Shown: positions 28,754-37,920 of the stretch, one piece after another
Layout: every line of letters starts with the position of its first letter
How positions within the stretch are numbered: the stretch's first letter is position 1
From: Deltaproteobacteria bacterium
GTDB lineage: Bacteria > Myxococcota > Kuafuiibacteriia > Kuafuiibacteriales > Kuafuiibacteriaceae
Direction of reading: 5' to 3'
NCBI GenBank assembly: GCA_040218735.1
Contig: JAVJQW010000023.1
Span: 96,001 to 160,000 of the forward strand
Length of the DNA: 64,000 nucleotides
Notes under the pieces: model-generated
Database searches by the model: none
Told to the model about the DNA's origin: nothing
Seen by the model: only the letters and a program-made list of their open reading frames with translations
Position numbers and translations under genes: made by a program

Positions 28754-31339
28754 TCAGCTCACGCCGACCTGGGCGTCCGAGAGCTTCGCGTACACGTCGG
28801 CTCCGATGCGGTCCTTGACCTCGGCGATGTTGCGCCAGTTGCCGGCGAGCTCGTGCGGCGTGCGCTCGTGCTCCGCGTGCAGGACGGCCGACAGGTCGCG
28901 GTAACCGATCCCGTCCGGGTAGTTGTGTCGCTCGAGGAGCGCGTCGAAGACCCGGTCGTCGTACCAGCCGTTGTCGTACTCGAGCGAGGCTGCCGTGAAG
29001 AGGAGCGCCATCGTTTTGCGTTCCGCCGGGTCGAGGCCCCGGACGCGGCGGTTCGTCGACTGCGCCATCACGGCGTTGATGAACTCGTAGTGCAGCTCGG
29101 CGCGGAACGCCTCGATGCTCGCGTGGGAGAAGTGCGGGTTGAACGCAAACGTCCACGCGCCGGCGCGGTCCTTCGCGATCTTCACCATTGGATCGTCGGG
29201 ACCGAGGTTCTCCGAGAAGCCGTTCGAGGTGAGCGTCCGGACCTGGTAGCCGCCGTGGGTGATCGGGTTGTAACGACCGAACGTGTCGAGCGACTGCACC
29301 GCCGCGAAGAGCTTCGTCCCGTCGAGGCGATCGACCGGCACCGAGGGCGCCTTGGGACGGAACTCGTTACGGACGTCTTCCTCCGCCTTGATGCGACCGC
29401 CGTCCCAGACCGCCTGACCGCCGTCGGGGACGCCGTTGGCGTCGAGGTCCCAGAGCATGAGCTGCTCGAGGCGACCGGGGTTCGTGTAGTTGATGTCGAC
29501 CGTGTGGCTCCACGAATCGGTCGCGCGGTCGAGCGCCTTGCCGATGCTGTCCGTGCCCGTCCACGGCTTCAGCTTCACCATCGCGTCCATCATGCCGGTC
29601 ATCAGCATCATGTTCTCGGAGTAGTTCATGACCTTCGGACCGCCGTCGCGGTTGTAGTTGAAGTAGGTCGACTCGTACGTGTTGATCAGCTGCGCCGACT
29701 GCGGGTTCGGGTAGCGGTTGCGGATCATGAACGAGCGGTCGGTGGTGGCGCACGCGCCGATCGAGAGGATTTTGCTCCCCACCATCTCCGGTGCGTTGGC
29801 GATGCTGTTCTCGATGTTGCGGCCGAGGTTCGAGTGGCCGTCGTACTGGATGACGTCGATGTCCGGATCGTCCGCGGCCTGGAACATGTTTCGGCCGTTC
29901 ATCGGCGCGACGTAGACCTTGACCTGCTTGCAGATCGCGTCGGCGTCGCCCTGGTTCACGTCCTTCACGAACATCGCGTAGCCGCGTTTGTCGGAGGTCG
30001 CCTCGCGGAAGCCGTGTTTCTCGACGAGCATCTTCTTCGAGCCGACGTGGATGAGGTCGTCCTCCTCGTGACCGCACATCAGCACGAAGTTGAGCGAATT
30101 CTTCGCCGCCTGCGGCTGCCCGTTGGCGTCGTAGGAGATCTGGAAGATCGAGTCGTAGTCCGGCGTCTCGGGCGCCACCAACGGGACGAGCTCCTTCTCG
30201 AAGCGCGTCTTGTCGGCCGGCTCGAGCTGGTCCTTGCCCTGGTTGAGGCCCGACACGAGGATGCTGCGCACGTCGAAGTACGGGCTCGTCTTGACGAGGT
30301 CCGCCGTGAAGTCGAACGCGGCGCGCTTCGTCGCGGCGTCACCGACCGTCGCGAGGCGACGACCGAGCGCACCGGCGCCGGCGTAGAGCGCCTTCTTCTT
30401 GGCCTCGCCGTACGTCTGCGCGGACTGCGTCGAGCCGCGGGTCGACACGTCGATCTTCCAGTTGTTGAGCGTGCCGACGTCCTGGCCGGCCTGGTCGATG
30501 ATGCGGATGCGCCAACGGCCGTTGACCTCTTTGCCTTCGAGCGCGCGCATCTGCGTGTCGTCGAGCGTGAACGTCTTCTTGATGTCGTCGGAGCTCCCGC
30601 CGCCGCGCGCGTGGAGCTGCACCGCGCTGCGGTCCGGCGCGACGAGCTCGACCGTGAGGTCGCCGACGTAGGTGTGCGAGATGTCGAGGTCGACCTTGAT
30701 GTCGGCGAGGCGGCCGCTCGCGTCGATCTCGATCGCGTCGCTGACCCAGCCGCCGTTGTCCGGGATGGAGAGGTTCGGCGCGCTCGCTTTCGTCTCGGAC
30801 TGACCCGGGAGCTGAACCGTGAGGACCTCGGTCTTCAGGTTGTCGAGCGCAGCGAGGAGGTGCGTGCGCGTGTCCGCCGGGAGGTCCGCGATCGGGTCGC
30901 CGCCGAGCTTCGTCAGCGCGAGCGCGAGCTGGTGGACGTTGTCGATCTTCACCGACGGATCCGACGGCGGGTCCTGGTTCGGGTGCGTGAGGATGTCGCC
31001 GCTCGGCGTGACGTAGAACGGCTCGACCGCGTTGTTCTGGAGGAGCTGATAACTACCGGCGCGTGAGACGAGCGCATCGAGTGTCTTCAGTCCCGCGGCG
31101 GCGTCCGCGCGCGAGATGCCGTTCGCGGCGAGGCGGTCGGCGAGCGCGTCCATGCCCTGCGACTGGAGCGCGGCGTAGACGTCGGCGATGCTGCCGCTGC
31201 CGATCCGTTTGGCGGCGGCCTCGAAGCCGGCCTCCAGTCCGTCGAGCGCCGCGACGCCGAGCTGGCTCCGGGAGACGGGGTCGTTCGGGACGGTGATGTT
31301 GCGATCGAAGACGTTCGACTTGAGGGCCAGATTCGGCAT
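28754..31339 (-). CDS. Hypothetical protein with a proprotein-convertase P domain and a possible clan CD (His-Cys) peptidase-like domain
   Basis: P domain SIPDN...VDLDISHTYVGDLTVEL...GRWRIRIIDQAGQDVGTLNNWKI; IQYDGHS...LSIGAC; no S8 catalytic motifs and no signal peptide. Confidence 0.65.
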   Translation of the reverse strand: MPNLALKSNVFDRNITVPNDPVSRSQLGVAALDGLEAGFEAAAKRIGSGSIADVYAALQSQGMDALADRLAANGISRADAAAGLKTLDALVSRAGSYQLLQNNAVEPFYVTPSGDILTHPNQDPPSDPSVKIDNVHQLALALTKLGGDPIADLPADTRTHLLAALDNLKTEVLTVQLPGQSETKASAPNLSIPDNGGWVSDAIEIDASGRLADIKVDLDISHTYVGDLTVELVAPDRSAVQLHARGGGSSDDIKKTFTLDDTQMRALEGKEVNGRWRIRIIDQAGQDVGTLNNWKIDVSTRGSTQSAQTYGEAKKKALYAGAGALGRRLATVGDAATKRAAFDFTADLVKTSPYFDVRSILVSGLNQGKDQLEPADKTRFEKELVPLVAPETPDYDSIFQISYDANGQPQAAKNSLNFVLMCGHEEDDLIHVGSKKMLVEKHGFREATSDKRGYAMFVKDVNQGDADAICKQVKVYVAPMNGRNMFQAADDPDIDVIQYDGHSNLGRNIENSIANAPEMVGSKILSIGACATTDRSFMIRNRYPNPQSAQLINTYESTYFNYNRDGGPKVMNYSENMMLMTGMMDAMVKLKPWTGTDSIGKALDRATDSWSHTVDINYTNPGRLEQLMLWDLDANGVPDGGQAVWDGGRIKAEEDVRNEFRPKAPSVPVDRLDGTKLFAAVQSLDTFGRYNPITHGGYQVRTLTSNGFSENLGPDDPMVKIAKDRAGAWTFAFNPHFSHASIEAFRAELHYEFINAVMAQSTNRRVRGLDPAERKTMALLFTAASLEYDNGWYDDRVFDALLERHNYPDGIGYRDLSAVLHAEHERTPHELAGNWRNIAEVKDRIGADVYAKLSDAQVGVS

Positions 31340-31346
31340 GAGGGGT

Positions 31347-31374
31347 TTATCGGCGAGAAGCCCCTACAGTTGCG
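31347..31374 (-). promoter_or_regulatory. sigma28-like promoter CGCAAC-N14-GCCGATAA
   Basis: Exact GCCGATAA (FliA -10 consensus) 7 nt before the ATG at 31339; related motifs at 35352 and 37862. Confidence 0.55.
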
Positions 31375-31405
31375 CCGGATGTAGACGCGAATCGCGTCGG
31401 ATGAC

Positions 31406-31675
31406 TCAGTCGTCGGAGAGCGTGGGGATCGGCGAAATCGTTGATGTTTTCACCCGCGAGTGGCCGCTCGGGCACTGCGCCATCGCCTGCTGGTAACGCG
31501 CCCGACACATCTGCTGCTCGTCGGAGGTCTCGAGCAGCTCCGACTCGGGGTCACCGGTAGGCTGGAAGGGCTGCTGCTGACACATCCTGTACGCCTCGTC
31601 GGCGCGCTGCGCGCAGGTCTGGTTCGTGGCGCAGCCGGCGAGACCGGCGAACAGCAGCAGGGCGAGCCATCGCAT
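31406..31675 (-). CDS. Small Cys-rich lipoprotein
   Basis: MRWLALLLFAGLAGC lipobox; four further Cys. Confidence 0.7.
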   Translation of the reverse strand: MRWLALLLFAGLAGCATNQTCAQRADEAYRMCQQQPFQPTGDPESELLETSDEQQMCRARYQQAMAQCPSGHSRVKTSTISPIPTLSDD

Positions 31676-31944
31676 CGGGCCGGACTGTAGGGGACGTTTT
31701 GGGTCGAGTCACGGACCGGAACCGAAAACCCTCCGCGGCACGATGGGAGAGCACCCGACCCCGGTCCGAGACTCTTGGGTCGAACCGTGATTCGTTAGTT
31801 CGGTCCGACGTAAGAGCACGGTGGGTACCGCGGAACATCACTCGGGTTTCGGGGCGGATGACGACAACTGGTGAGGGCCGCGGCAACGAGTTGTCACCCC
31901 AAACGGTTGACGAACTGTCACCCGGGGCTTTGGCATCCGCCGCG

Positions 31945-32727
31945 ATGACCGGCGCCTTCTTCGACACGCACGCGCACATCGACGGCCCCGAGTTCGACGA
32001 GGACCGCGACGCCGTCATCGGCCGCGCGCGCGAGGCTGGGCTGACGCACATGGTTCTGATCGGCGCGAGCGACGGGTTCGACAGCAACCCGCGCGCGGTC
32101 GCGCTCGCAGAGCAACATGACGACATGTTCGCGACGGTCGGCCTGCACCCGCACGACGCGAAGCTCGTGAACGACGACACGCTCGCGAAGCTCGAGGCGA
32201 TGGCGTCGAAGGACAAGGTCGTCGCGATCGGCGAGACCGGGCTCGACTACTACTACGACCAGTCCCCGCGCGATGTGCAGCGCGACGCGTTCCGCAAGTT
32301 CCTTCGGATGAGCCACGCGACGAAGAAGCCGTGCGTCGTCCACACGCGCGACGCCGAGGACGACACGATCGAGATCCTGCGAAGCGAAGACGCTGCGGGG
32401 TGCGGCGGCGTCATCCACTGCTTCACCGGCACGCAAAAGCTCGCCGACGCGGCGATCGACCTCGGCTGGTACATCTCGTTCTCCGGCGTCCTCACCTTCC
32501 GAAACGCCGACCCCCTCCGAGCGATCGCCAAGGACCTCCCGAAGGACCGCGTCCTCGTCGAGACCGACTGCCCCTACCTCACCCCCGTGCCGCACCGCGG
32601 GAAACGCAACGAGCCGTCGTTCGTCGTGCACACCGCGGCGTGCCTCGCGGACCTGTGGGACGTCGACGCCGAAGAGGTTCGGCGCATCACGGGTGAGAAC
32701 GCGCTCAGGTTCTTCGCGCTGAGCTGA
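31945..32727 (+). CDS. tatD: TatD family hydrolase
   Basis: FDTHAH; VGLHPH; AIGETGLDY; VHTRDA; GVIHCF; VETDCPY. Confidence 0.95.
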   Translation: MTGAFFDTHAHIDGPEFDEDRDAVIGRAREAGLTHMVLIGASDGFDSNPRAVALAEQHDDMFATVGLHPHDAKLVNDDTLAKLEAMASKDKVVAIGETGLDYYYDQSPRDVQRDAFRKFLRMSHATKKPCVVHTRDAEDDTIEILRSEDAAGCGGVIHCFTGTQKLADAAIDLGWYISFSGVLTFRNADPLRAIAKDLPKDRVLVETDCPYLTPVPHRGKRNEPSFVVHTAACLADLWDVDAEEVRRITGENALRFFALS

Positions 32728-35224
32728 CCGCGGCGCGGAGCGCCGAGCTCGTCGGGAAGTCGAGCGCGTCGAGCGTGGCGCGATGGGTCTTCTTGCCCGG
32801 CTTGTCCATCGTCATCTGCACGCTGCACGCGCCTTCGCCCGCGCCCCAGTCGAAGACCAGCCGCACCGTCTCCTCACGCGTCTTCTTCGTGATGACGAAC
32901 CCATCGGGCTTGGCCTCGAAGCGGGCGTCGCCCGGGGCGTAGCGCCAGCCGGCGAGCTCGCGCGCGTGTTCGAGGACGCGGTCGGCGGGCACGCCATGTT
33001 TGGCGACGGCGTTGTGGACCGCCTTCGCGCGCGCCTGCGGGGTCGGCGCGTCAGAGCGCGCGAGGACAGCGTCGACCGGCACCCCCGCCCACTGAGCGAG
33101 CGCGAGGCGGACGGCCGGGCTCGAGGTCAGCGGTTCGTAACCCCCACCGAACCCGCGGCCGTCGAGGTCCCAGACTTTCTTCGGAGCCTCGGCGTCGAAG
33201 AACGTGACGTCGACCTTCTTCGGCGACGCCGTATCGAAGAGCTCGAACACCGGCTCGCCGTCCTCGATGCGGGTCGGCGCGATGTCGCGCCGGCCGAGCC
33301 CGGTGTCGATGCGGACGCGGTAACGATCGAGATCTCCCAACCCGAGGTGGTCACCGCCGAGGCGGACACGCCAACCGTGTTTCGTGCCGTTGGAGATCTC
33401 CTCGATGCGCGCGCCGCGCTCGTCGATCGTCGCGAGTGTCACGAAGCCGTCCGCGTCGGGTGTGACGTCGCCGCGCTGCAACCGGTCGACCACCGCCGAC
33501 GCGCTCCCTTCGCCGCGCCGCAACCCCTGCCGCGCGTACGCTTGGACGTCCGCGCGGAACCGCGTCCTGCTGATCTTGCCCTTCGCGACCTTGTCGATCT
33601 GCGCGTCGCGCCAGCGGTTGAGCGTCGTCGCGTACAGGTGCGGGCACGGCCGGTTGATCCGCTCCGCGAGATCCGCGACCGCCTCGCGTTTCACGTCCGG
33701 CGCGTCCTTCAGCGCAACCTCGAGCAGCGGCGCCGCCGCGTCGATCAACTGCTGGGCGACGGCTTCGTCCCGCGCGGCGTCGGGCACGAGCGGCTTCATC
33801 GCAGCGGCGAGCGCGCGTGCATCGCCGCCGACCCTGACCAACGCCGCGAGCCCCGCGAACAGATCGTAGCGCGCCGGGTTCTCGACCTTCAGGCGATCGA
33901 TCGAATGCACCGCACCCGGCTCCGCCGTCTCGCCGATCTCTCGCGCGAGCTTTCCGAACGCGACCGCAGCCTCGCGGTTCGAACGCATCACCGTGTCGAC
34001 CTCCGACGCGCTCAGCCCGATGTGAAGCAACGCGTTCTCGGCCATCCGCCGCTCGAAGGGTCCGACGATCGCCTTGTGCTGGAGCTTCCGGTCCGACCAC
34101 TGCGCGAGGTTCTTGCGCTCCTCGCGCGTCGCGGCGCGCGAGAAGAACGAGAAGTACGTGTCGACGACCTGCTCGAAGATCTGCTCGGGCTCCTTCGAGA
34201 AGCCGAGCGACACGTGTGAGTTGCCCTGGTGCGGGTGGGTGCGGTCCTGCGCCTGGATCGTCCCGTGATCGATCGACTGGAGGAACGCGATGTTGTCGTA
34301 CGTCGGCGAGCCCTGCGGCGTGCGCATCCAGTAGCGGTCCGCCACCTCGATCGCCTTCTTCTTGTTGAGGTGCGCGAACAAACCTTGGAGCGACAGCGGC
34401 TGCGGCCTCCCGAGCTGCAAGCGAACTTGCTCACCGACGTCGAGCAAGAAATCCCGAACGCCGCCACGCCCCGTCGACGTGAGCTCGAGCAGGTGCGCCG
34501 CGCGGTCGAAGCGCCCGCACTCCACGAGGTACCCCGCCGTGCGCTCCGTCCACTTCCCGCTGCTGGTCTGACGATACCGAAAGCGCTCCTTCGTCCCGGC
34601 CACGGCCACCGACCGCGGGCTCTCGATGCCGTTGAGGTGATCCGTGAGCTGGTGAATCGCGTCGTGGACCGCCTGGCCGACGTCCATGCGCCCGTGACCG
34701 TGCGCGTCCTCCTCGGTCTGCCCGAGCGGCGCGGCCCCCGTCGCGATGCCCTTCACGCGCAGGAGCGCGGAGGTCTTCTGGCCGCCGCGCTGCGAGACCA
34801 ACGGCCGCCCGACGACGCCCGCGCGACCATCGCCCTTCACGATGTCGAGCTGATCCGCGTACCGCGTCGCCATCACCTGCCGCGACGACGCCTCGTCCGG
34901 CTTCGCGCGGCGGAGGATCGTGTTGCTCGCGAGCGCCGCCTCCTGCTCCGGGGTGAGGAGGCCGTACTTGCCGACGTCGAACCCGTGCTCCGCGAGCACG
35001 AGCGGATCCACGAACCACAGCTCGGCGCCGTCGTCCGGCACCGCGTCGACGGGGATGACGAGGTGCTCCGCGACGTCCGCGTCGAACCGGTCCGGGAGGA
35101 GCGGCCCGTCCCACAGCTCGTCGATCGCGGCGCGCTTCGGCGCGCTGCCCCAGTACGACTCCGCGTCCCCGCGCGGCGCCGCATCGACCGGCGGCTTCAC
35201 GCCGCCGCGCGGGACCTTCACCAC
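32705..35224 (-). CDS. Divergent SelO/YdiU-like pseudokinase (putative protein AMPylase) with a long C-terminal extension
   Basis: GDGRA; RVKG; GHGR; NGIESPRSVAV; QGSPTYDN; SIDHG, in SelO order. Start placed at GTG 35224 (the ORF is open to 35275). Confidence 0.65.
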   Translation of the reverse strand: MVKVPRGGVKPPVDAAPRGDAESYWGSAPKRAAIDELWDGPLLPDRFDADVAEHLVIPVDAVPDDGAELWFVDPLVLAEHGFDVGKYGLLTPEQEAALASNTILRRAKPDEASSRQVMATRYADQLDIVKGDGRAGVVGRPLVSQRGGQKTSALLRVKGIATGAAPLGQTEEDAHGHGRMDVGQAVHDAIHQLTDHLNGIESPRSVAVAGTKERFRYRQTSSGKWTERTAGYLVECGRFDRAAHLLELTSTGRGGVRDFLLDVGEQVRLQLGRPQPLSLQGLFAHLNKKKAIEVADRYWMRTPQGSPTYDNIAFLQSIDHGTIQAQDRTHPHQGNSHVSLGFSKEPEQIFEQVVDTYFSFFSRAATREERKNLAQWSDRKLQHKAIVGPFERRMAENALLHIGLSASEVDTVMRSNREAAVAFGKLAREIGETAEPGAVHSIDRLKVENPARYDLFAGLAALVRVGGDARALAAAMKPLVPDAARDEAVAQQLIDAAAPLLEVALKDAPDVKREAVADLAERINRPCPHLYATTLNRWRDAQIDKVAKGKISRTRFRADVQAYARQGLRRGEGSASAVVDRLQRGDVTPDADGFVTLATIDERGARIEEISNGTKHGWRVRLGGDHLGLGDLDRYRVRIDTGLGRRDIAPTRIEDGEPVFELFDTASPKKVDVTFFDAEAPKKVWDLDGRGFGGGYEPLTSSPAVRLALAQWAGVPVDAVLARSDAPTPQARAKAVHNAVAKHGVPADRVLEHARELAGWRYAPGDARFEAKPDGFVITKKTREETVRLVFDWGAGEGACSVQMTMDKPGKKTHRATLDALDFPTSSALRAAVSSARRT

Positions 35225-35351
35225 GGGGACCTCATCGGCGTGCCCAGCTTGGAACGGGGCGCGGACCGCTGGCAATCACGAGAATGCGCAGGTGGCCCGG
35301 CGTGGCCTGAGACATTCGCGCGGTCGGCGCGGTGGTTTCGCCCCGAAAACC

Positions 35352-35379
35352 CGCAACGAAATCAGCTGTCTGCCGAAAC
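35352..35379 (+). promoter_or_regulatory. sigma28-like promoter CGCAAC-N14-GCCGAAAC
   Basis: Same hexamer and 14-nt spacer as the site at 31347-31374. Confidence 0.5.
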
Positions 35380-35393
35380 TCAGCTTGTCCGCC

Positions 35394-35762
35394 ATGACGA
35401 CCCCGGCCAAGCCTCCCGCGAGCATCGAAACGCTCTTCGAGGAGCTCCTCGCCCCCGACGCGGCCGGTGAGAGCCGCTGCACGCGCCGCGAGCTCGAGGA
35501 CGTCATGGCGGTGATCTTCCTGAAGAGCCACCAACGCACGCCGATGTCGTCGGCGAACGGCGACGCCTTCATCGGCGCGTTCTTCACCCGCGTGGGGCTC
35601 CAGAGCGAGGACCAGCTCGACCAGCTCGATGAGCTCATCCGAGACTACTTCGTCGCCCACCCGCTTCGACAAGACGTGCTCGAAGACGTGCTCGAGGTGA
35701 TGCGGCCCGCCGCCTCCCTTCGGAACGTCCGCGCCGGATACGCGATCGGCGGCGCGTTCTGA
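35394..35762 (+). CDS. Small acidic helical hypothetical protein
   Basis: GC3-rich codons; its stop overlaps the next ATG (TGATG). Confidence 0.65.
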   Translation: MTTPAKPPASIETLFEELLAPDAAGESRCTRRELEDVMAVIFLKSHQRTPMSSANGDAFIGAFFTRVGLQSEDQLDQLDELIRDYFVAHPLRQDVLEDVLEVMRPAASLRNVRAGYAIGGAF

Positions 35763-37345
35763 TGTCGAAGATCCTGCCCTCCGTCGCTGCGGCCCAGCGC
35801 TACCGCGAGCAGACCGTGGACTGGGACGGCCTCGCCAGCGCAGTCCACCGCGCGCGCGGCCGGGCCGGCGTCGAACCCGGAAAGCCGGGCGTGGTGGAGT
35901 TTCAGCAGGGACGCGCCGCGGCGATCGAGCAAACCTACTTCAAGGAGAGCGGGCTCTTTCAGTCACGAATCGCGTATGCGATCTCCAACCCGGCCGTCGA
36001 CGTCGACGTCCTGGTCGAAGACCTGAAGGCGACCCTCGCGCCATCACTGGTCGAGGCGTCGAACAGCACGAAGCCGGGCGCCATCCAGAACGTGACCGTC
36101 CTCGGCGGAGGGCCGGGCGGGCTCGCCGCAGCGATCGCGTTGAAGAACATGGGCCTCGACGTAACGCTCGTGGAGCGCAAGCCGATCGCCGAGCGGCGCG
36201 TCTTCCCCATCTTCAACTCGCGCATCAACCTCTTCAACGACCTCGAGGCGCTCGGCGTCTACGGCTCCGTGATGGAGCAGTCGAGCTACACCGAGCACGT
36301 CGTGTTCCGAAACATGATCGCCGGCTACGAAGCCAGCCTGGAGCCGCTCCACGCAGCACGAGGCCAGGGGCACTTGACCGGCCCCGAGCTCACGGAGCTC
36401 GCCAAGGAAGGGACACCCCCGAAGATCGTCTTCGACGGCGACTTCAACAACCTGCAGGATCCGATCAGCCGACCGAGTCGTGCGCAGATCGCGTACGGGG
36501 ACATGGTGCACGGGCTCGCAGAGCGCGCGCAGGAGCTGGGTATCCACATCGTCGACGAGGCGCTCGCCGACGTCGTCCCGAACGACGCCGGCAAATACGA
36601 CGTCGTCGCGACGCGCAAGGACGGAACGAAGGTCGCGCTCGGCACTCCGGATCGAATCGTCGTCGCCCCCGGCAACCTGAAGCACTTGGGGCCGCTCGCG
36701 AACGAGTTCACGCACCTGAAGGAGTCCGCGCTTCGGAAGTTCTGCGCCGGGCTCGCGAACATCGCCGTGGGCAGCGTTCAGCGCCGCGTGATCAAGCAGG
36801 TCGGGGACGACACGCTGCGAACGGTCGTCGTCGGCCACGGACAGCGTTCCGCGGCGTGGATGCTGACACAGCTCCCCGAAGGCTGGTCCGGGGACGAGGC
36901 GGACCTCGCTCGCTACTGGAAGAACGAAGTCGGCGAGGCGCTCGCGCCGGAGCACGCCGCGCAGCTCTCGGACGACAGCATCGAGTTCGTCTCGCCGAAG
37001 CCCTTCGACGTCCAGCTCACGCGGCTCCGCAACATGTCGGCGAACAACCAGGTCCTCGCGATCGGCGACGCCGCGCACAAGGCGCACTTCCTCACCAGCT
37101 ACGGCGTTCACCTGGCCGTGGGTGGGGACATCCAGGCGCTCCAGGCGCACGTCGAGGCGTCGAACGCCTACGGGGAGGACGTCGGGTTCTGGGAGTTCGA
37201 CCGCATCATGCAGGAGAACGCAGCCGTGTGGTGTGGCGGGAGCCTCGACGAGTTCGAACACGACGACACGCCGTGGAACCTGCGCGCGCTGACGTTCGAC
37301 GACCGACAGGCACGCCCCGGCCGCTTCGCGCGCAAACCGCTCTGA
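35762..37345 (+). CDS. FAD-dependent oxidoreductase/monooxygenase with an N-terminal extension
   Basis: VTVLGGGPGGLAAA...VTLVE Rossmann motif starting at ~aa 110; AIGDAAH. Confidence 0.8.
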   Translation: MSKILPSVAAAQRYREQTVDWDGLASAVHRARGRAGVEPGKPGVVEFQQGRAAAIEQTYFKESGLFQSRIAYAISNPAVDVDVLVEDLKATLAPSLVEASNSTKPGAIQNVTVLGGGPGGLAAAIALKNMGLDVTLVERKPIAERRVFPIFNSRINLFNDLEALGVYGSVMEQSSYTEHVVFRNMIAGYEASLEPLHAARGQGHLTGPELTELAKEGTPPKIVFDGDFNNLQDPISRPSRAQIAYGDMVHGLAERAQELGIHIVDEALADVVPNDAGKYDVVATRKDGTKVALGTPDRIVVAPGNLKHLGPLANEFTHLKESALRKFCAGLANIAVGSVQRRVIKQVGDDTLRTVVVGHGQRSAAWMLTQLPEGWSGDEADLARYWKNEVGEALAPEHAAQLSDDSIEFVSPKPFDVQLTRLRNMSANNQVLAIGDAAHKAHFLTSYGVHLAVGGDIQALQAHVEASNAYGEDVGFWEFDRIMQENAAVWCGGSLDEFEHDDTPWNLRALTFDDRQARPGRFARKPL

Positions 37346-37351
37346 CGCGCA

Positions 37352-37801
37352 TCACTCCAGCACGAAGTCGAGGATTCGCGGTCGCCAGGTCTTCTCGATC
37401 TTCGAGAAGGACGTGGCCGGTCCGGTGAGGACGAAGTGTGTCAGGACGCCGTCGTCCACGCGCAGCAGGTGTTGCTGATGCAGCGTCAGGTGCTCGTCCA
37501 CGCGAAGCGCGACGGTCGCGCTCACGCCGGACTGGCCGTCAGAGAACTTCACTTCGGCCTGCCCGAGGAGCTCACACGTCGGTCCGCGCGAGCGCGCCAT
37601 GTCCACGACGTGGCTGAGCGCCTCCAGCGCGGAGTCCTTGGACGCGTGGCGGCTGTACACGAGGCTGACGTCGGGGCTCGGTTTGACCTTGCTGCCCGTC
37701 GGGAGCTTGGCGGTGGGGGACGGCGCCTTGATGGTGACCACGACCTCGCTGCGACACCCGTCGGGAACCGAGAGGTGACCGGGTTTGACGACTTCGCCCA
37801 T
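37352..37801 (-). CDS. DcrB/DUF1795 (PsbP-fold)-like protein
   Basis: Pattern xVPxG...SLVYSR...HQQHLL...HFVLT...W..IL resembles DcrB-related proteins; recognised by eye only. Confidence 0.5.
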   Translation of the reverse strand: MGEVVKPGHLSVPDGCRSEVVVTIKAPSPTAKLPTGSKVKPSPDVSLVYSRHASKDSALEALSHVVDMARSRGPTCELLGQAEVKFSDGQSGVSATVALRVDEHLTLHQQHLLRVDDGVLTHFVLTGPATSFSKIEKTWRPRILDFVLE

Positions 37802-37861
37802 CGCTTGGACCTAGCTCTGATTTCTCCTGGGGACAAACGTCCACGGGGCGGCCCATTCGGG

Positions 37862-37890
37862 CACAACGATCCGCCGTCATTCGGCGATAA
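37862..37890 (+). promoter_or_regulatory. sigma28-like promoter CACAAC-N15-GGCGATAA
   Basis: Variant of the motifs at 31347 and 35352; followed by a GGAG RBS and the ATG at 37921. Confidence 0.45.
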
Positions 37891-37920
37891 CCTGAGCACT
37901 CTGTACCGGAGTAACACGCC

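Noticed and set aside
28754-31339. Subtilisin/kexin-like S8 protease
   Set aside because: The P domain is present but the DxG, HGT and GTS catalytic motifs are absent.
37352-37801. T6SS vgrG/PAAR/Rhs island
   Set aside because: No vgrG, PAAR or Rhs gene is nearby; the DcrB-like call alone is insufficient.
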